From: an uncultured Methanosarcinaceae archaeon | Lineage (GTDB): Archaea > Halobacteriota > Methanosarcinia > Methanosarcinales > Methanosarcinaceae | DNA length: 64,000 bases | Reading direction: 5' to 3' | Assembly: GCA_963847185.1 (NCBI GenBank) | Contig: CAWJYV010000001.1 | Coordinates: 64,001 to 128,000, forward strand | In this document: piece by piece, positions 20,890-32,502 of the stretch | Layout of the letters: each line of letters opens with the position of its first letter | How positions within the stretch are numbered: position 1 is the stretch's first letter | Position numbers and translations under genes: made by a program | The notes under the pieces: model-generated | Told to the model about the DNA's origin: nothing | The model's input: only the letters and a program-made list of their open reading frames with translations | The model's database searches: none

Positions 20890-21392
20890 AATTCCCCAAT
20901 CCTACTTTTGAAAAGTAGGGCATTAATAATTATATTAAATCTCGTTTGTCTGAGCCTTTTTTCTAAAGGATTAGCGTAAATACGATCCTAGATAAATCAT
21001 AATTCCTAGCAATTATTACTTCTCCATCCAATCTTATTTATAAAATTACAATATATTTATTTTTAAACTTTTAGTATGAAAGTTATTTGAGAGAAGTTGT
21101 ATTTTATCTATCACAGATAAAAAGATCTAAAAAATTCAGAAAAGATCTAAAAAATTCAGATAGAAACTTATTTTTTGGCAAAAGAGGTGTTGAAAATTCC
21201 ACGTAGGAATCTCAATCATTAGGTATTTCTACAACTAAGCTAGCAAAATACCTTAATTATGTTTAAAAGACAATTTTTGCTTCTTAGATTGCGCAAGCCT
21301 CTTCACCCTCACCCCAACATCTAAAAATAATTCAAAAATCCAACAGATTAGTTAATCAATTATTTTAAGTAGTATCCTCTTTCAATCCATCT

Positions 21393-21690
21393 TTTTTCAG
21401 TCAAACACTCGAATCAGGTTAGTGCATAAGAGCTGCATCTTTAACATAACCTTTGAAACGTATAGGTTACTACAGAGATACCCTTCCATAATTATCCCAG
21501 AAACCTCTCCGTTAACTCAGATCTGAGTTATCGGTAAACATAGTCAGAAGGCTTTAAAGAAATGCTGACATAGAGTATTCATTTTACTCGTTTTAATTAC
21601 GTGGAGTCTTCAGGTATTGAATCCATTTGGCTGCGAGTGATAGCCTTGGACATTGTACGTGGTTTTTAGGGATGTATGCATTGTTAGATG
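21393..21690. repeat. repeat module C followed by core unit A3
   Basis: TTTTTTCAGTCAAACACTCGAATCAGGTTAGTGCATAA (also 40533, 63661); palindrome 21509-21534. Confidence 0.88.
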
Positions 21691-21730
21691 TGAAAAGTTA
21701 CAAAGAAGCTATGCTTGATTCTTAGCCTAG

Positions 21731-21830
21731 TGCTTCGATTCCAAAATAAATTCCTTATTTAATAGGAAATTCGTGATTAATGGGTAGATTCAAAAGTCAG
21801 GTTTTATGAACATACTTCGGAATCGCAGTA
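21731..21830. mobile_element. 100-bp MITE-like insertion with CTAG target duplication
   Basis: CTAG at 21727-21730 and 21831-21834; ends match 14/18 as inverted repeats; absent from the homologous module at ~36000. Confidence 0.7.
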
Positions 21831-21902
21831 CTAGTATATGCGCCAGCTTCAATAATACTGCTTCTGTGCCCGTTAAGTTGGCTGAAAAGTTTTTAAGCAT
21901 AT

Positions 21903-24475
21903 TCAACTGATTACTGAATTTGATGCCAGATTATCTTTTTCTGTTACTGTGAACCTTATAGTGAATTCCGTCCCATAATTCCTTTTCAGTTCAAGTTCAC
22001 CATCTAACTGGTCTACAAGGGAAGTTACCAGCTGAAGCCCAAGGCTATCAAGATCTTCAATGTCAAGGTGTTCAGGGATACCTATACCATTATCTGAAAC
22101 AGTCAGAGTAAAACTGGTACTCTTAAAGTCTCCTTTTCTTTTTGTCATTCTCCATTTTCTTCCCTATGGAGTTCGATTCTAATTTCTCCTTTACTTCTAC
22201 CGGGAAATGCATGTTTGAGGGAGTTAGAAACGAGTTCATTGACAATTATTCCTAAAGGAATTGCAGTGTCCATATCAAAGAATGCATTTTCCTTCAGATC
22301 CAGCTTTAAGTTAATATCTAGATTTCCGACTGCATAGGTCTGTAGAAGGTTCTTAACAAGTTCCTCAATATAGGGTGAGAAGTTCAAAGTTTCGAACCCT
22401 TCACCTTTATACAGTTCCTCATGTATCAGAGCCATGGATATAACTCTGTCCTGGCTTTCTCTGAAAGCTTTAAGGACTTCAAAATCCTGAATACACTCTC
22501 TATTATTGAATCTCTCAGCCGTAAGATCCAGGAGGGAAGATATAACCTGAAGATTGTTTTTTATCCTGTGATGAATTTCCTTCTGGCGAGCAATGTCTAT
22601 TTTTGCCAGAGTTTCTTCTGCCTTTCTTCTCTGCAGTGCCTGCGTCACAGCCGGCGCTATTGCTTCGAGATCCTCCTGCTGCTCAGAGCTATAGCCGCCT
22701 TCGCGGTTTGCTACCGCAATCGTGCCCACAGTTTTTCCGTCCTGGACAAGGGGGACGCCAAGGAACGACGTGATAGGCGGATGTCCGTGTGGAAGACCGA
22801 TACTATTTGGATGCAACTGCGGTTCATTGGTGAAGAAGCTTTTTCCTTTATCAATTACACAACCATACAGTCCATGCAGGATAAAATCTCCAGGTGGACG
22901 ACGATGCCCGGTTTTGTCATACATCAGACACTGACTCCATCCCATATCGCTTATTGCGATATCGTGAAGTAGCCCGTCAGCGCCTACTTCACCAACGAAT
23001 CCAATCTGGCTGCCGGTTACTTCAAGAACTACAGATAAACATTCATTCCCCAACTCTTCTTCTGTTTCGGCCCTTACCACACTGCCGAATATCAGGTTAA
23101 TTCCCTCAAGAATGTGGTTGTATCTGCGAATACGATGCTCTTCTTGCTTGCGCTCGGTAATGTCTCTGGCAATAGTTGAGACGGCCACAAGTTTTCCAGA
23201 GGAATTGAAAACTGGAGAAAGGGTTATTGAAACGTTTTTTAGTGCGCCATCTTTTTTTAGCCGTAAAGTTTCGTAGTACCTTACTTTCTCATTATTTTTA
23301 ATCTCCTCAATTAATTTCTTCATCTCTCCTTTTAAATTAGCCGGCTCAAGTATTGAAAAAGTTTTCCCAAGAATTTCTTCGGCCGAATAACCATAAACCT
23401 GCTCTGCTCCTTTATTCCAGCTGGTAATAATGCCTTCAAGAGATAAAGTTAAAATAGAATCATCTGATGACTCCACAACGTTTGCCAGGCGCTGAATTTT
23501 TTCTTCTGCTTTTTTACGCTCTGTAATATCCTGAACTATTCCTCTCGCTCGGACAGGAGTATGTTTTTCATCAAAAATAACTTCTCCCAGTGAATGGACT
23601 ATGCGCTCTTGACCGTCAGCTGAGATTATTCTGAAATCAATGCCATAGGGTTTTCCGCTTAATGCTTCTTTGACGGCATTATTCACATAGTCTCGATCAT
23701 CTGGATGCACATAATTCAAAAATGAATCGTAAGTTATACCGGATTCTAGAGGATCAAGTCCATAAATACGATAAACTTCATCAGACCAATATAATTTATT
23801 AGTCAATATATCCTGATCCCAATTTCCAAGATGAGCTATTTTTTGAGCTTCATTGAGTCTTATTTCATTCTCCACTAATGACTCATAAGCTTCTTCAAGC
23901 TCTATGGTACGTTCTTTAACTCTTTCCTCTAGATTGTCATGAGCTCTTTTTAGGGCTTCTTCTGCCCGCTTGCGTTCGGTTATGTCGCTGGCAGCACCAA
24001 ACCATTCAATGATTTCGCCATTCGCATCCATCAGCGGAACCGCACGCGAGGACGTCCATCCCAAGCTGCCGTCCGCTCTCCTGACCCGATGTTCCATTTC
24101 GAAAATGCTCTTCGTCCTAATGGCTTCATTGATGACGGCTGTCACTTGTGGCTGATCATCCGGGTGAATGTATTCTTGAAGCCAGTTACGGTTTGGCCTT
24201 TCAGTGTTGGCGAGAAAACCTCGGCTATGGAGCTGGCGCATCTCGCTCCAATCAGGGTTCATGCGATATAACACTTCAGAACTGGCCGTTACCAGAGCGC
24301 GAAAGCGCTCCTCACTCTCCCGTAGCGCCTCTTCGGCCTTCTTACACTTGGTAATGTCAAGGCTTAGTGCCATATTTTCAGCACGCAAATATTGATTATT
24401 TTTCTCCAACTCAGAGACCCTTTTTTGAATCCGGATCTCCCTTTCGTCCTTATCCGGCAGGTTAAAAACAGTCAT
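21903..24475 (-). CDS. PAS/GAF sensor histidine kinase (HisKA_2), frameshift near 22146 in HATPase domain
   Basis: ORFs 22145-24475 and 21903-22148 are consecutive parts of one kinase. Confidence 0.88.
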
Positions 24476-24889
24476 AATTCCCCAACCCTGCTTAAAAGTA
24501 GGGCATTAGTACTTCCCATTAAATTTCCTTATCTTATCCTGTTGTCTAATTGAATTGAAGTAAACATGATTCTAGGCAAATCCACAATGCAAGCAATTGA
24601 TAAATATTTATCTAATAATTTTTATGAAAATTGATCGTATATACTTTTTAAGAATTGAAATGAAGAAGTTATTTGGGAGAAGTAATACTCTATCTATTAC
24701 ATATAAAAAGTTCTAAAAAACTTAGATAGAAACTTTTTATTCATGCAAAAAAGCATTAAAGACTTCTTGTTTGAATTTTAATCATCGACTTTACTATAGC
24801 TTAATTTTATCAAATATTCGAGTATTGTGCATAAAAAAGGGAATATAAAAGGCAATTTTTGCTTATTTTGCAGTCACTTTTACATTCAA

Positions 24890-25530
24890 CCCTTCCAAAT
24901 ATCCCAGAAATCTCTCCGATGTGCCAGATCTGACACATCGGGGAAACATAGTTGTATAGCTATAAAAGAAGTGCTGATATAGAGTATTTACTTTCGTTAA
25001 TTGCTTTGCGGAGCTGTCCGGGATATATTTGGTCCATCCATATCAAGAGCGATAGCCCTAGCCTTTGTACGTGGCTTCTAGGTATATGTCTTCAGAATAG
25101 ATGCAACGCAGCATATCCCTAAAATCTCTCCGTTAACTCAGATCTGAGTTATCGGTAAACAGTATCATTTGGCTTTAAAATAAGTGCTGATATAGATTAT
25201 TTTCTCATTTTAATTGCGTTGCGAAGTTTCAGGGATGTATTTGTTAAGCTCAATCCTGAGCGATATCCCTGGCCTTTGTACGTGGCTTCTAGTCTGAGAT
25301 AGGCGGACCGCCCAGCCTTCCACATATCCCAGAAGCTTGCATAGCACTTTATTGAAATTAAAAATCTACGTACATGGCTTCCCCCGAAAAGCAGGGAGAT
25401 ATAAATGCCTTGGAAGGGGCTAAACGCTTGGATCGAGGCTTAGCGTGGCTTCCAGTAATAAGCATGTAGAAGACTCGAGATAGACTTGTCAAAAATAGCT
25501 ATATTTGTTAGCTTAGTATATGCGTCAGTA
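24890..25530. repeat. tandem repeat units A4-A5-B3
   Basis: palindromes at 24916-24941 and 25130-25155; B module from 25308. Confidence 0.88.
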
Positions 25531-25707
25531 CTTTTGATAAAGGGGAAGTCTGCCCCCATCTGAGACTTTCCTCTTAGAAAAAGAGGAAATTATAAAAGAG
25601 TCAATCTTAAGCTGAAAAAAAGATATAACGCTTGATATTATAATGCTGTCTTAATTTAGAGGTCCCGGAAATACAGCCGGATAAACATTTCAGGTGGGAA
25701 TAGAAGC

Positions 25708-26319
25708 ATGAAGGATATAGAAGATTTAATCCAAAAAGCTGTAGAACTGCAGAGTAACGGGCTTATTACCGCCCAGATTGCCGATGAACTCAACGTTTCA
25801 AGAGAAACTGTTACCTGGCTTTTAACCCGTTCAAAAAAAGAAGAAACAACCCCAGCTCCAAAAGATATTTCTGTAAACTGGAACAGTATAGGAAAAAGCG
25901 CTAAACGTCTCCACAGTATCTCGCTTGCACTCTGCGACATGGTGCTTGAGACCTTGGAAAAAATAAATGCTGAAGTAGACGTGGTTGTTGGCATTGCCGC
26001 CAATGGTATTCCCCTAGCAAGCATGATGGCATATGAACTGGGTGCAGATTTAGCGATTTATCATCGTAAGGGACATGATATCGTTCAGACAGATCGCAGA
26101 GGAACCATAAGCAGAAATTTTGGGTCCGTTGCCGGTAAAAACTGTGTTATCGTGGATGACGTTATTACCACAGGTTCAACCAGTATGGAAGTGATTGAGC
26201 AGCTAAGAGAAATGGATGCGAAACCAAGAGTTGTAGTGGTACTGGTCGACAAGAAAGGTGTAGATACAATATATAACGTTCCGATTCAATCTCTTGTAAG
26301 AATTGCACGTTTGGACTGA
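25708..26319 (+). CDS. gfcR: HTH + orotate phosphoribosyltransferase-like regulator (GfcR/PyrE-like)
   Basis: [19 protein letters not shown]; [16 protein letters not shown] motif. Confidence 0.8.
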   Translation: MKDIEDLIQKAVELQSNGLITAQIADELNVSRETVTWLLTRSKKEETTPAPKDISVNWNSIGKSAKRLHSISLALCDMVLETLEKINAEVDVVVGIAANGIPLASMMAYELGADLAIYHRKGHDIVQTDRRGTISRNFGSVAGKNCVIVDDVITTGSTSMEVIEQLREMDAKPRVVVVLVDKKGVDTIYNVPIQSLVRIARLD

Positions 26320-26387
26320 AAATATCTAGAGCTCGTTACGAAATAACTTAGACAACATATGATTATTTTGGAAAAAAATAAGCGTAT

Positions 26388-26505
26388 TAGGACTTACACA
26401 CTTGAGTTTCAAGATCAAAAGCGATAGAAATTACTGCTAAAGCCAAGTTTTATACAGTTGAAGGTTTAACGCAGTTGATTATTTAGTTCAACTGTATAAA
26501 CCCTA
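26388..26505. mobile_element. MITE-like element with TAGGACTTAC-type ends
   Basis: TAGGACTTACACACTTG ... CAACTGTATAAACCCTA imperfect inverted ends. Confidence 0.5.
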
Positions 26506-26641
26506 TTAATTCTCTTTTTCTGCGCTGAAGCTTACAATAAATTAAGTCCCATTATCCCTTTATAAACAAAGTCTGCTTTTCTCATTACTTTATTGGAGAA
26601 ATTTCTCGTTTTCTTATATTATATAAAAAATGAGTTTTGTT

Positions 26642-27749
26642 TTATACAGATTGCTCCTCAGGGATTGATTCGTACAGTTTTCTCCTCTCAGGTGGCATGG
26701 ACTCGATATATTTTTTTGCTTCTTCCGGAGATACGACTCTGCGGGTTCCGTCAGGTTCCTGTATGACCACTCCACTTTCTATGAGCATTCTGTATCTTGC
26801 TTTTCGAACTTCCTTGTCAGGGTGACAGACGAAATGGCAGTTGGAACAGGTATATTCCATCCTGGACCCTGGAATCAGGCATATGAAAAACCCACCTTCG
26901 AACTTTGGCCTGCCGAGATACGCTTCTATGGTACCGGGCAACGCAGCAGTGAAATCCTCATCTTTTTCGGGGATTTTAAAGCGTGCCGGAGACCAGGTGG
27001 ACCATTTTCCGGAGGAATTTAGACCTGTAAGTCCCCCGCAGACAAGGAAGCAGCGGCTATTGCTTCTTCGCTTCCCGTAGCTAAACTCTTTTCCTCCAAG
27101 GGTTACAGTGACCTTCTCAACCGGGTCCACATATCCAGACGAACATACTGAAAGGCAGAGCTTGCATTCGTCACAGTAGTTTTCTTCTTCTGGCAAGGGG
27201 TCTGTCGGGATGAGTTCTGCGTCCGTAACGACCGAGGCCAGGACAATAGCGGATCCATATTCTTTTGTAATAATATTCCCTGAATATCCAAAATGCCCTA
27301 TCCCGGAGCGTACTGCTAGGTACCTGTGGGAAATAGGGGGATGCATATCCAGCAGCCAATTTTCCGTATCTTGCCTGTACACGAAATTTGCAGACTGAGG
27401 GACAGCTTTGTATCCATACTGTTGCAAGAACCCTGCCATCTCAAGGGCGATCCCGTTGGCAAGGGTAGTGGTCCGCACCTTATTAGTTTCGAGAGATTGA
27501 TGATCTTCTTTTCTAAAATAAGGGTCGATCAGGTTCTGGTCAAAAGCCAAGTGCAAAACAGACAGCAGATTTTGCCTCTGGCAACACATAGGTCAGATCG
27601 GCAGAAGGAGGGCCACCTGAAAGGGTTTCAGTTGTTGCAATACCCACCTTGAAGGCCCCTAGGGTCAACGCCATCTCTTTGAGGGCTTTGGTCAGTTCTA
27701 TTATTTTTGATTCTTCGGTTGGTTCTTCCATTTTCGATTCCTCAGGCAA
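26642..27749 (-). CDS. QueG/reductive-dehalogenase-like Fe-S protein, frameshift near 27546
   Basis: SHRYLAVRSGIGHFGYSG, CDECKLCLSVC, CSNCHFVC; N-terminus in ORF 27540-27749. Confidence 0.8.
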
Positions 27750-28030
27750 ATTAAAAATGTATCAAGTTTCAACGTAAATTATATAAGGTAACTGATATAT
27801 ATTTAATCTGCATTACAATGTACCAATTCTCTAAAAGTATATTTTGATAACCTTTTGGATTAATTTTCGTATGATACTCCGATTTGTAGGCTGTCTCAAA
27901 CTGACTCAATTCTACATTGCGACAGAAGTTATGAAACATGTTGCGTACACTCTATCTCTTCTGTATGGGATAATCTTAATAGGCACTTTCGGAGCCGTCT
28001 GGGTATATGTATGTGGAGATAAGGGATGTC

Positions 28031-28095
28031 CATTCCGGTTTTGCATATTACTGATTGCAAAAGTTACAGTAGATAATCACTTTTCGGATAGGCTC
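28031..28095. mobile_element. right part of MITE, same family as 28861-28993
   Basis: TCCGGTTTTGCA...CACTTTTCGGATAGGCTCT shared with 28930-28993. Confidence 0.6.
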
Positions 28096-28305
28096 TTAGT
28101 CCATGCAAGTGCCAAAAAACAGCTAAAGAAAATACGATTTGAAAATTGACGGTTGTAGCTAATAATTTCCAGCTCTGCCATTAAATTCTTGAAAGCAATA
28201 ACAAATTTCATTAGTATATTTTATCTATTAAAATATATATAATTAATAAGAGGAAGACACCCTGGGATAGGTAAAAATTAACAATATAACAAAAGAGAAA
28301 AAGAA

Positions 28306-28839
28306 TTGAAAGGGATGGGAAATATGGGGACTTCGAAAGTTATAACAGAGTTTAAAGAGTTCATTTCTTTTCTTCAAACTTTATGGGGCATCCTTGCAGG
28401 AGTGTCCGTTCTGTTTCCTCTTTCCAATGCTTTAATGAAGATAATTCCTTTGGGAGAATCGCCTGAAGAAGGTGTTTTGAAGTATTTCTCTCCCGAGCAG
28501 GTTACCGTTGTAACCATGCTGATTTGCTTGTTTGTAATGTTCCATATATTTAGCAAACGCCGCCTCATGAAAGCGGAATGGGAAAAGGATCAAGAGAGAC
28601 AACTGCAACAAAAATCGGTTAATTCCTTTTTCTTGGGAATTTTAGCCCTCCTTGTATATTTTTCTATTATCCACTTGAACTTTTACGGCCTCTTTGGCTG
28701 GGAAAGCGATGATCCTATTTTTGTATTTGTTGACATCTTTTTTTTAATATTCTACAGTGCATTCTTCGGATTGGTAACGAGGGCGTTTGTGCTTCTGGGA
28801 ATGATAGAATTTTTGTCAGAACAAATGGAAAGTCAATGA
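28306..28839 (+). CDS. hypothetical membrane protein
   Basis: about four hydrophobic segments. Confidence 0.75.
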   Translation: MKGMGNMGTSKVITEFKEFISFLQTLWGILAGVSVLFPLSNALMKIIPLGESPEEGVLKYFSPEQVTVVTMLICLFVMFHIFSKRRLMKAEWEKDQERQLQQKSVNSFFLGILALLVYFSIIHLNFYGLFGWESDDPIFVFVDIFFLIFYSAFFGLVTRAFVLLGMIEFLSEQMESQ

Positions 28840-28860
28840 GTAATTAGTTACATAAAGCTT

Positions 28861-28993
28861 AGAGACTATATGAAAAGTCAGTAATGAGTGTTGAAGAGTT
28901 ACAATAGGTCTATAATATTTTAGCATCCGCTCCGGTTTTGCACATTGCATATTGTAAAAGTTATAGCAAGTAACCACTTTTCGGATAGGCTCT
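28861..28993. mobile_element. 133-bp MITE
   Basis: AGAGACTATATGAAAAGT ... ACTTTTCGGATAGGCTCT inverted ends (15/18). Confidence 0.7.
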
Positions 28994-29137
28994 AAAAGAA
29001 TGGTCGCTTATATCATGAACAAAGAAGTTCCTGCCTGAGCAAGGTAGAATAGAACATGTATCTAAACACGTTACTGGAGACTAAATCATAGAAAGGTATT
29101 GCTTCTTTCACGATCTAATCTCCGGTTAAATTCTATT

Positions 29138-31528
29138 TTATTTTCTTCTATATAGAGATGTTACAAACAGACAAGCTATCCCATAAGTTATTTCAAACCC
29201 AAAAGTGCTCATGATCTTCTTCTCAGAAGTGCTTGTATTTTCTCTACTCTCCTCAGTCTGTTCCATATTTCCTACTGTACGCCCATTGTCTCTTTTAATA
29301 TCTGCTTCAGGCTTTATTTCAGTAACCGAGTCCTTTTCTATTCCCTCACCTGTTATTGCAAATGGAGAGAATCCCGGAGCTTCTGCTTTGAAATATAGGT
29401 ATTTGTCATCTTCTCCTGAAAGGGTGGTTGGAAGTTCATTCCATTTCTTTTCATTGTACCTGTTCAGGACAATTGAACTCTGGTCAATACCTCTATCTTT
29501 TACCCAGGACTTTTCAACTCTGAAATTTATGACTGCATTTTCGAGATTGTCCTCGTCACTTCCATAACCACCGTTTCCAATCCAGATATTGAGATAGTTA
29601 TATACCTCTCCATCGGGTGTCTCCAGAGTAAGCGTGGACTTGTTTTTAAGCATTTCAACAATAGTTGTTGTCTTACCAACAGTTTTCTTGGAGTCAAAGT
29701 TCAAGGATACAATAGAAGTTGCATTCTTTGTAAAATCAAACTTCACATTCTTTCCACTTGTAATGAAGACCTGACAGAGTTCCTTTACTTTAACATTCTT
29801 TGCAGGCTCGGGAGACCCACCACCAGTTCCACCACCTCCGCCACTGCCACTGTGACTGCCACCACTACTTTCACCGCTTGAACTTCCCTCTAATACAGTA
29901 ATTGTCGTGGATTTTGTAGAGGTTCCGTTTTCATTTGTTGCAATAAGGTTGACATTATAGGATCCTGGATCTGTGAACACATAAACAGGAGCTTTATCAG
30001 CGGAATCAATCTGCCAGTCATTATTGAAGTCCCAGCCCCTTCCGGTCAAGTTTTGCGAAAGGTCTGTAAATTGAACAACAAGAGGAGCATAACCTCTGGT
30101 GATATTGGTTCTGAAATCAGGCACAGGGAGACCTGGTTGTTCTAAAACAGTTATTACGACAACTTTAAAATCTGAACCATTTGCATTCTTTACACTAAGC
30201 GTCACATTGTAATTTCCTGGAGAAGTATAAATGTGCTTTGGGGATTCCTCATTTGAATAAGCTCCGTCTCCAAAATCCCATTGCCATGTTCTAGGATTGT
30301 TTATACTTGTATCATTAAATTGAACTGCTAATGGAACCTTCCCAAAAGTAACGTTGTTTGTGAAACTTGCAATTGGTGGATTATTTTTTGATGAAATTCG
30401 AACTTCCCATCCTCTAGTTGATAAATTATTTGCATGTTCCGTTCCTATAATTGATGGTGCAGCGTTTCCAGTTAAATCTAAAAACCCAGCACTGGTTTTA
30501 TAAGAATCTAGTGTTTGGAGTATCCCATCTACTGCTTCTTGATTTAATAAATTAAGACTAGCATTTAAGTAAAGTAAACCAGGATCACTGGAAATATCTA
30601 AACTTATGAGGTTATTATTTTGAATTTCCACAACAGCATTTCTACCTACGGGAAAACAACCAGATAAAAGAGCTTCATTATAATGATTATTGGCTGAAAG
30701 AACGCTTTTTAAATTTGTTGAAGTTAGGTGCAGAGTGCCGCTTTGATTATCATTCCAGTTATAAAAATCTCTCAAAAGTGGAAACTGACTGAATGGGAAT
30801 GTGCTTGTTATCTGCGGATTATCTCTGACACATATATGCCATATATTAGCCCCTGTAGAACCCCAATTTATAGTATATGTTGAGCTTCTCTGAGATGCTC
30901 CACGAAGATCAGCCAGAGAAGGAGCTTCTGATAGATCAAGATAAGAAATATTGGATTGTTCGATGCAAAGCCTGTTCAGAGATGGAACATTACGGAGCCT
31001 GATAGTAGCCAATGATCTGCAAGAAAAACACTCAATAGTATGCAGTGCAGTGAAATTACTGAAATCCAACTCAGTTATTGGATTATAGTTTGAAGCCCAT
31101 ACCTGGAGGTATGGTGCAACATTTTCTAAACCGCCAACAGCTATCACATTCTGTTCTGCTAAATTTGCTATTGTACTAGAACTTGGAGACACTCCACCAT
31201 CTGAACCGTCATAGCCTATATTGATTTTAGTTACTGCACTCCACGGAGTTACTACCAAAGTGTTTTCTCTTGTCGCCTTTGAACCGAAATTTACAATAGG
31301 AGACGCGGAATTAGATGTGGAACCATCACCAAATACCCATTGAATTGTAGGATTACCTGTGACTGTAATAACAGGTGAAAATGATGAACCAGTAGTCACA
31401 AATGTAATATTTGCAGATGGCGCTGCACCTGCCACACTCACCAGCATTACAAGTGCCAGCAATGTTGTTCCTAAAATTTTTAAAAAATTATGTTCTCTAT
31501 GTGTTTTATCATTTTCTATTCCTTTCAT
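29138..31528 (-). CDS. cell-surface protein: signal peptide, LRR-like region, PKD domains, PGF-pre-PGF domain
   Basis: WDFGDG PKD motifs, Gly/Ser linker, APGFSPFAITG, C-terminal TM + RRK. Confidence 0.9.
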   Translation of the reverse strand: MKGIENDKTHREHNFLKILGTTLLALVMLVSVAGAAPSANITFVTTGSSFSPVITVTGNPTIQWVFGDGSTSNSASPIVNFGSKATRENTLVVTPWSAVTKINIGYDGSDGGVSPSSSTIANLAEQNVIAVGGLENVAPYLQVWASNYNPITELDFSNFTALHTIECFSCRSLATIRLRNVPSLNRLCIEQSNISYLDLSEAPSLADLRGASQRSSTYTINWGSTGANIWHICVRDNPQITSTFPFSQFPLLRDFYNWNDNQSGTLHLTSTNLKSVLSANNHYNEALLSGCFPVGRNAVVEIQNNNLISLDISSDPGLLYLNASLNLLNQEAVDGILQTLDSYKTSAGFLDLTGNAAPSIIGTEHANNLSTRGWEVRISSKNNPPIASFTNNVTFGKVPLAVQFNDTSINNPRTWQWDFGDGAYSNEESPKHIYTSPGNYNVTLSVKNANGSDFKVVVITVLEQPGLPVPDFRTNITRGYAPLVVQFTDLSQNLTGRGWDFNNDWQIDSADKAPVYVFTDPGSYNVNLIATNENGTSTKSTTITVLEGSSSGESSGGSHSGSGGGGGTGGGSPEPAKNVKVKELCQVFITSGKNVKFDFTKNATSIVSLNFDSKKTVGKTTTIVEMLKNKSTLTLETPDGEVYNYLNIWIGNGGYGSDEDNLENAVINFRVEKSWVKDRGIDQSSIVLNRYNEKKWNELPTTLSGEDDKYLYFKAEAPGFSPFAITGEGIEKDSVTEIKPEADIKRDNGRTVGNMEQTEESRENTSTSEKKIMSTFGFEITYGIACLFVTSLYRRK

Positions 31529-31838
31529 GTTTAAACCCCAGAATTTAGATTTCTATATAAGTCAAAAGCAGACAAATTAAAATTAAATAATAGGGTCTGG
31601 ATTATGAACTAGATAAAAAAATATATACTATATATCCATCCAAACTATTTAATATCTTTTTGATCCTTCTATTCAGTCTTAGATTGCTGACTTACCGACT
31701 GACTTTAGAATCTCCTAAAAAGGTGCTGGCTTTAGACTCGACTGGTCAGCCTTAGCTCATGGTCACTTTTACAGGTAATCTCAAACCTAAAAGTCGTTTT
31801 TAAAGCCAACCATTAATATCCTCGTATTCTTTAATTAG

Positions 31839-32355
31839 TAGGCAAACTCCTCATTTATCCTAAAAAAGCGTAAACGTTCAAAACTAATTAAGGTATATAA
31901 CCTATGAGTAACGAAGAGGTTATTATATCCCTGCGACAGAAGAAGAGAATCTTAACATCGATGTTCTATATCTGGAACTTCGATGAAAACATAGTCGGAG
32001 GGTTATGGAATAAGTGCTGGCACAGTGATTAAAGTATTCATTTTAATATGTTGTGGAGCCGTCCGGGATATATTTGGTCCATCTGGCTACAAGCGACATC
32101 TCTGGCCATTGTACGTGGCTTCTAAGAATATGTGCGTGGAGGATTCGGGATAGATGTACTGCACTATCTTCCACAATTATCCCAGAAACCTCTCCGATAA
32201 CTCAGATCTGAGTCATCGGGGAAAAGTAGTCGGAAGGCTATAAAAGAAGTGCTGGTATAGAGTATTTACTCTTTTTAATTGAGTTGTAGAACTTTCCGGG
32301 AATATATTTGGTCCATTTGGCTACGAGCGACAGCCTTGGCCTTTGTACGTGGATT
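31839..32355. repeat. repeat module D followed by tandem core units A6-A7
   Basis: TAGGCAAA..CTCATTTATCC.TAAAAAAGCG (also 61110); palindromes 31956-31985 and 32194-32219. Confidence 0.85.
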
Positions 32356-32502
32356 CTCAGCCAAAGTACGGACCACGATTATCATATAAAAATAAACATT
32401 TTAAAAAGATTTATAAAGTATTATTAACTTTAAAGAGTAATTATAAAAGCATTGTTTAAGCTGACAACTTGTCTATAAAACTAGAAATATCAAGGGGTTA
32501 TC

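Noticed and set aside
21120-21160. Local ~20-bp duplication AAAGATCTAAAAAATTCAGA
   Set aside because: Simple slippage in a kinase upstream region; single in the paralogous regions.
22145-22148. Pyrrolysine read-through as the cause of split genes
   Set aside because: The breaks are frame changes, not in-frame TAG codons.
14944-24395. Numerous antisense ORFs over the kinases (and over the nif-like, permease and dinB genes)
   Set aside because: Shadows of real genes on the opposite strand; no independent motifs.
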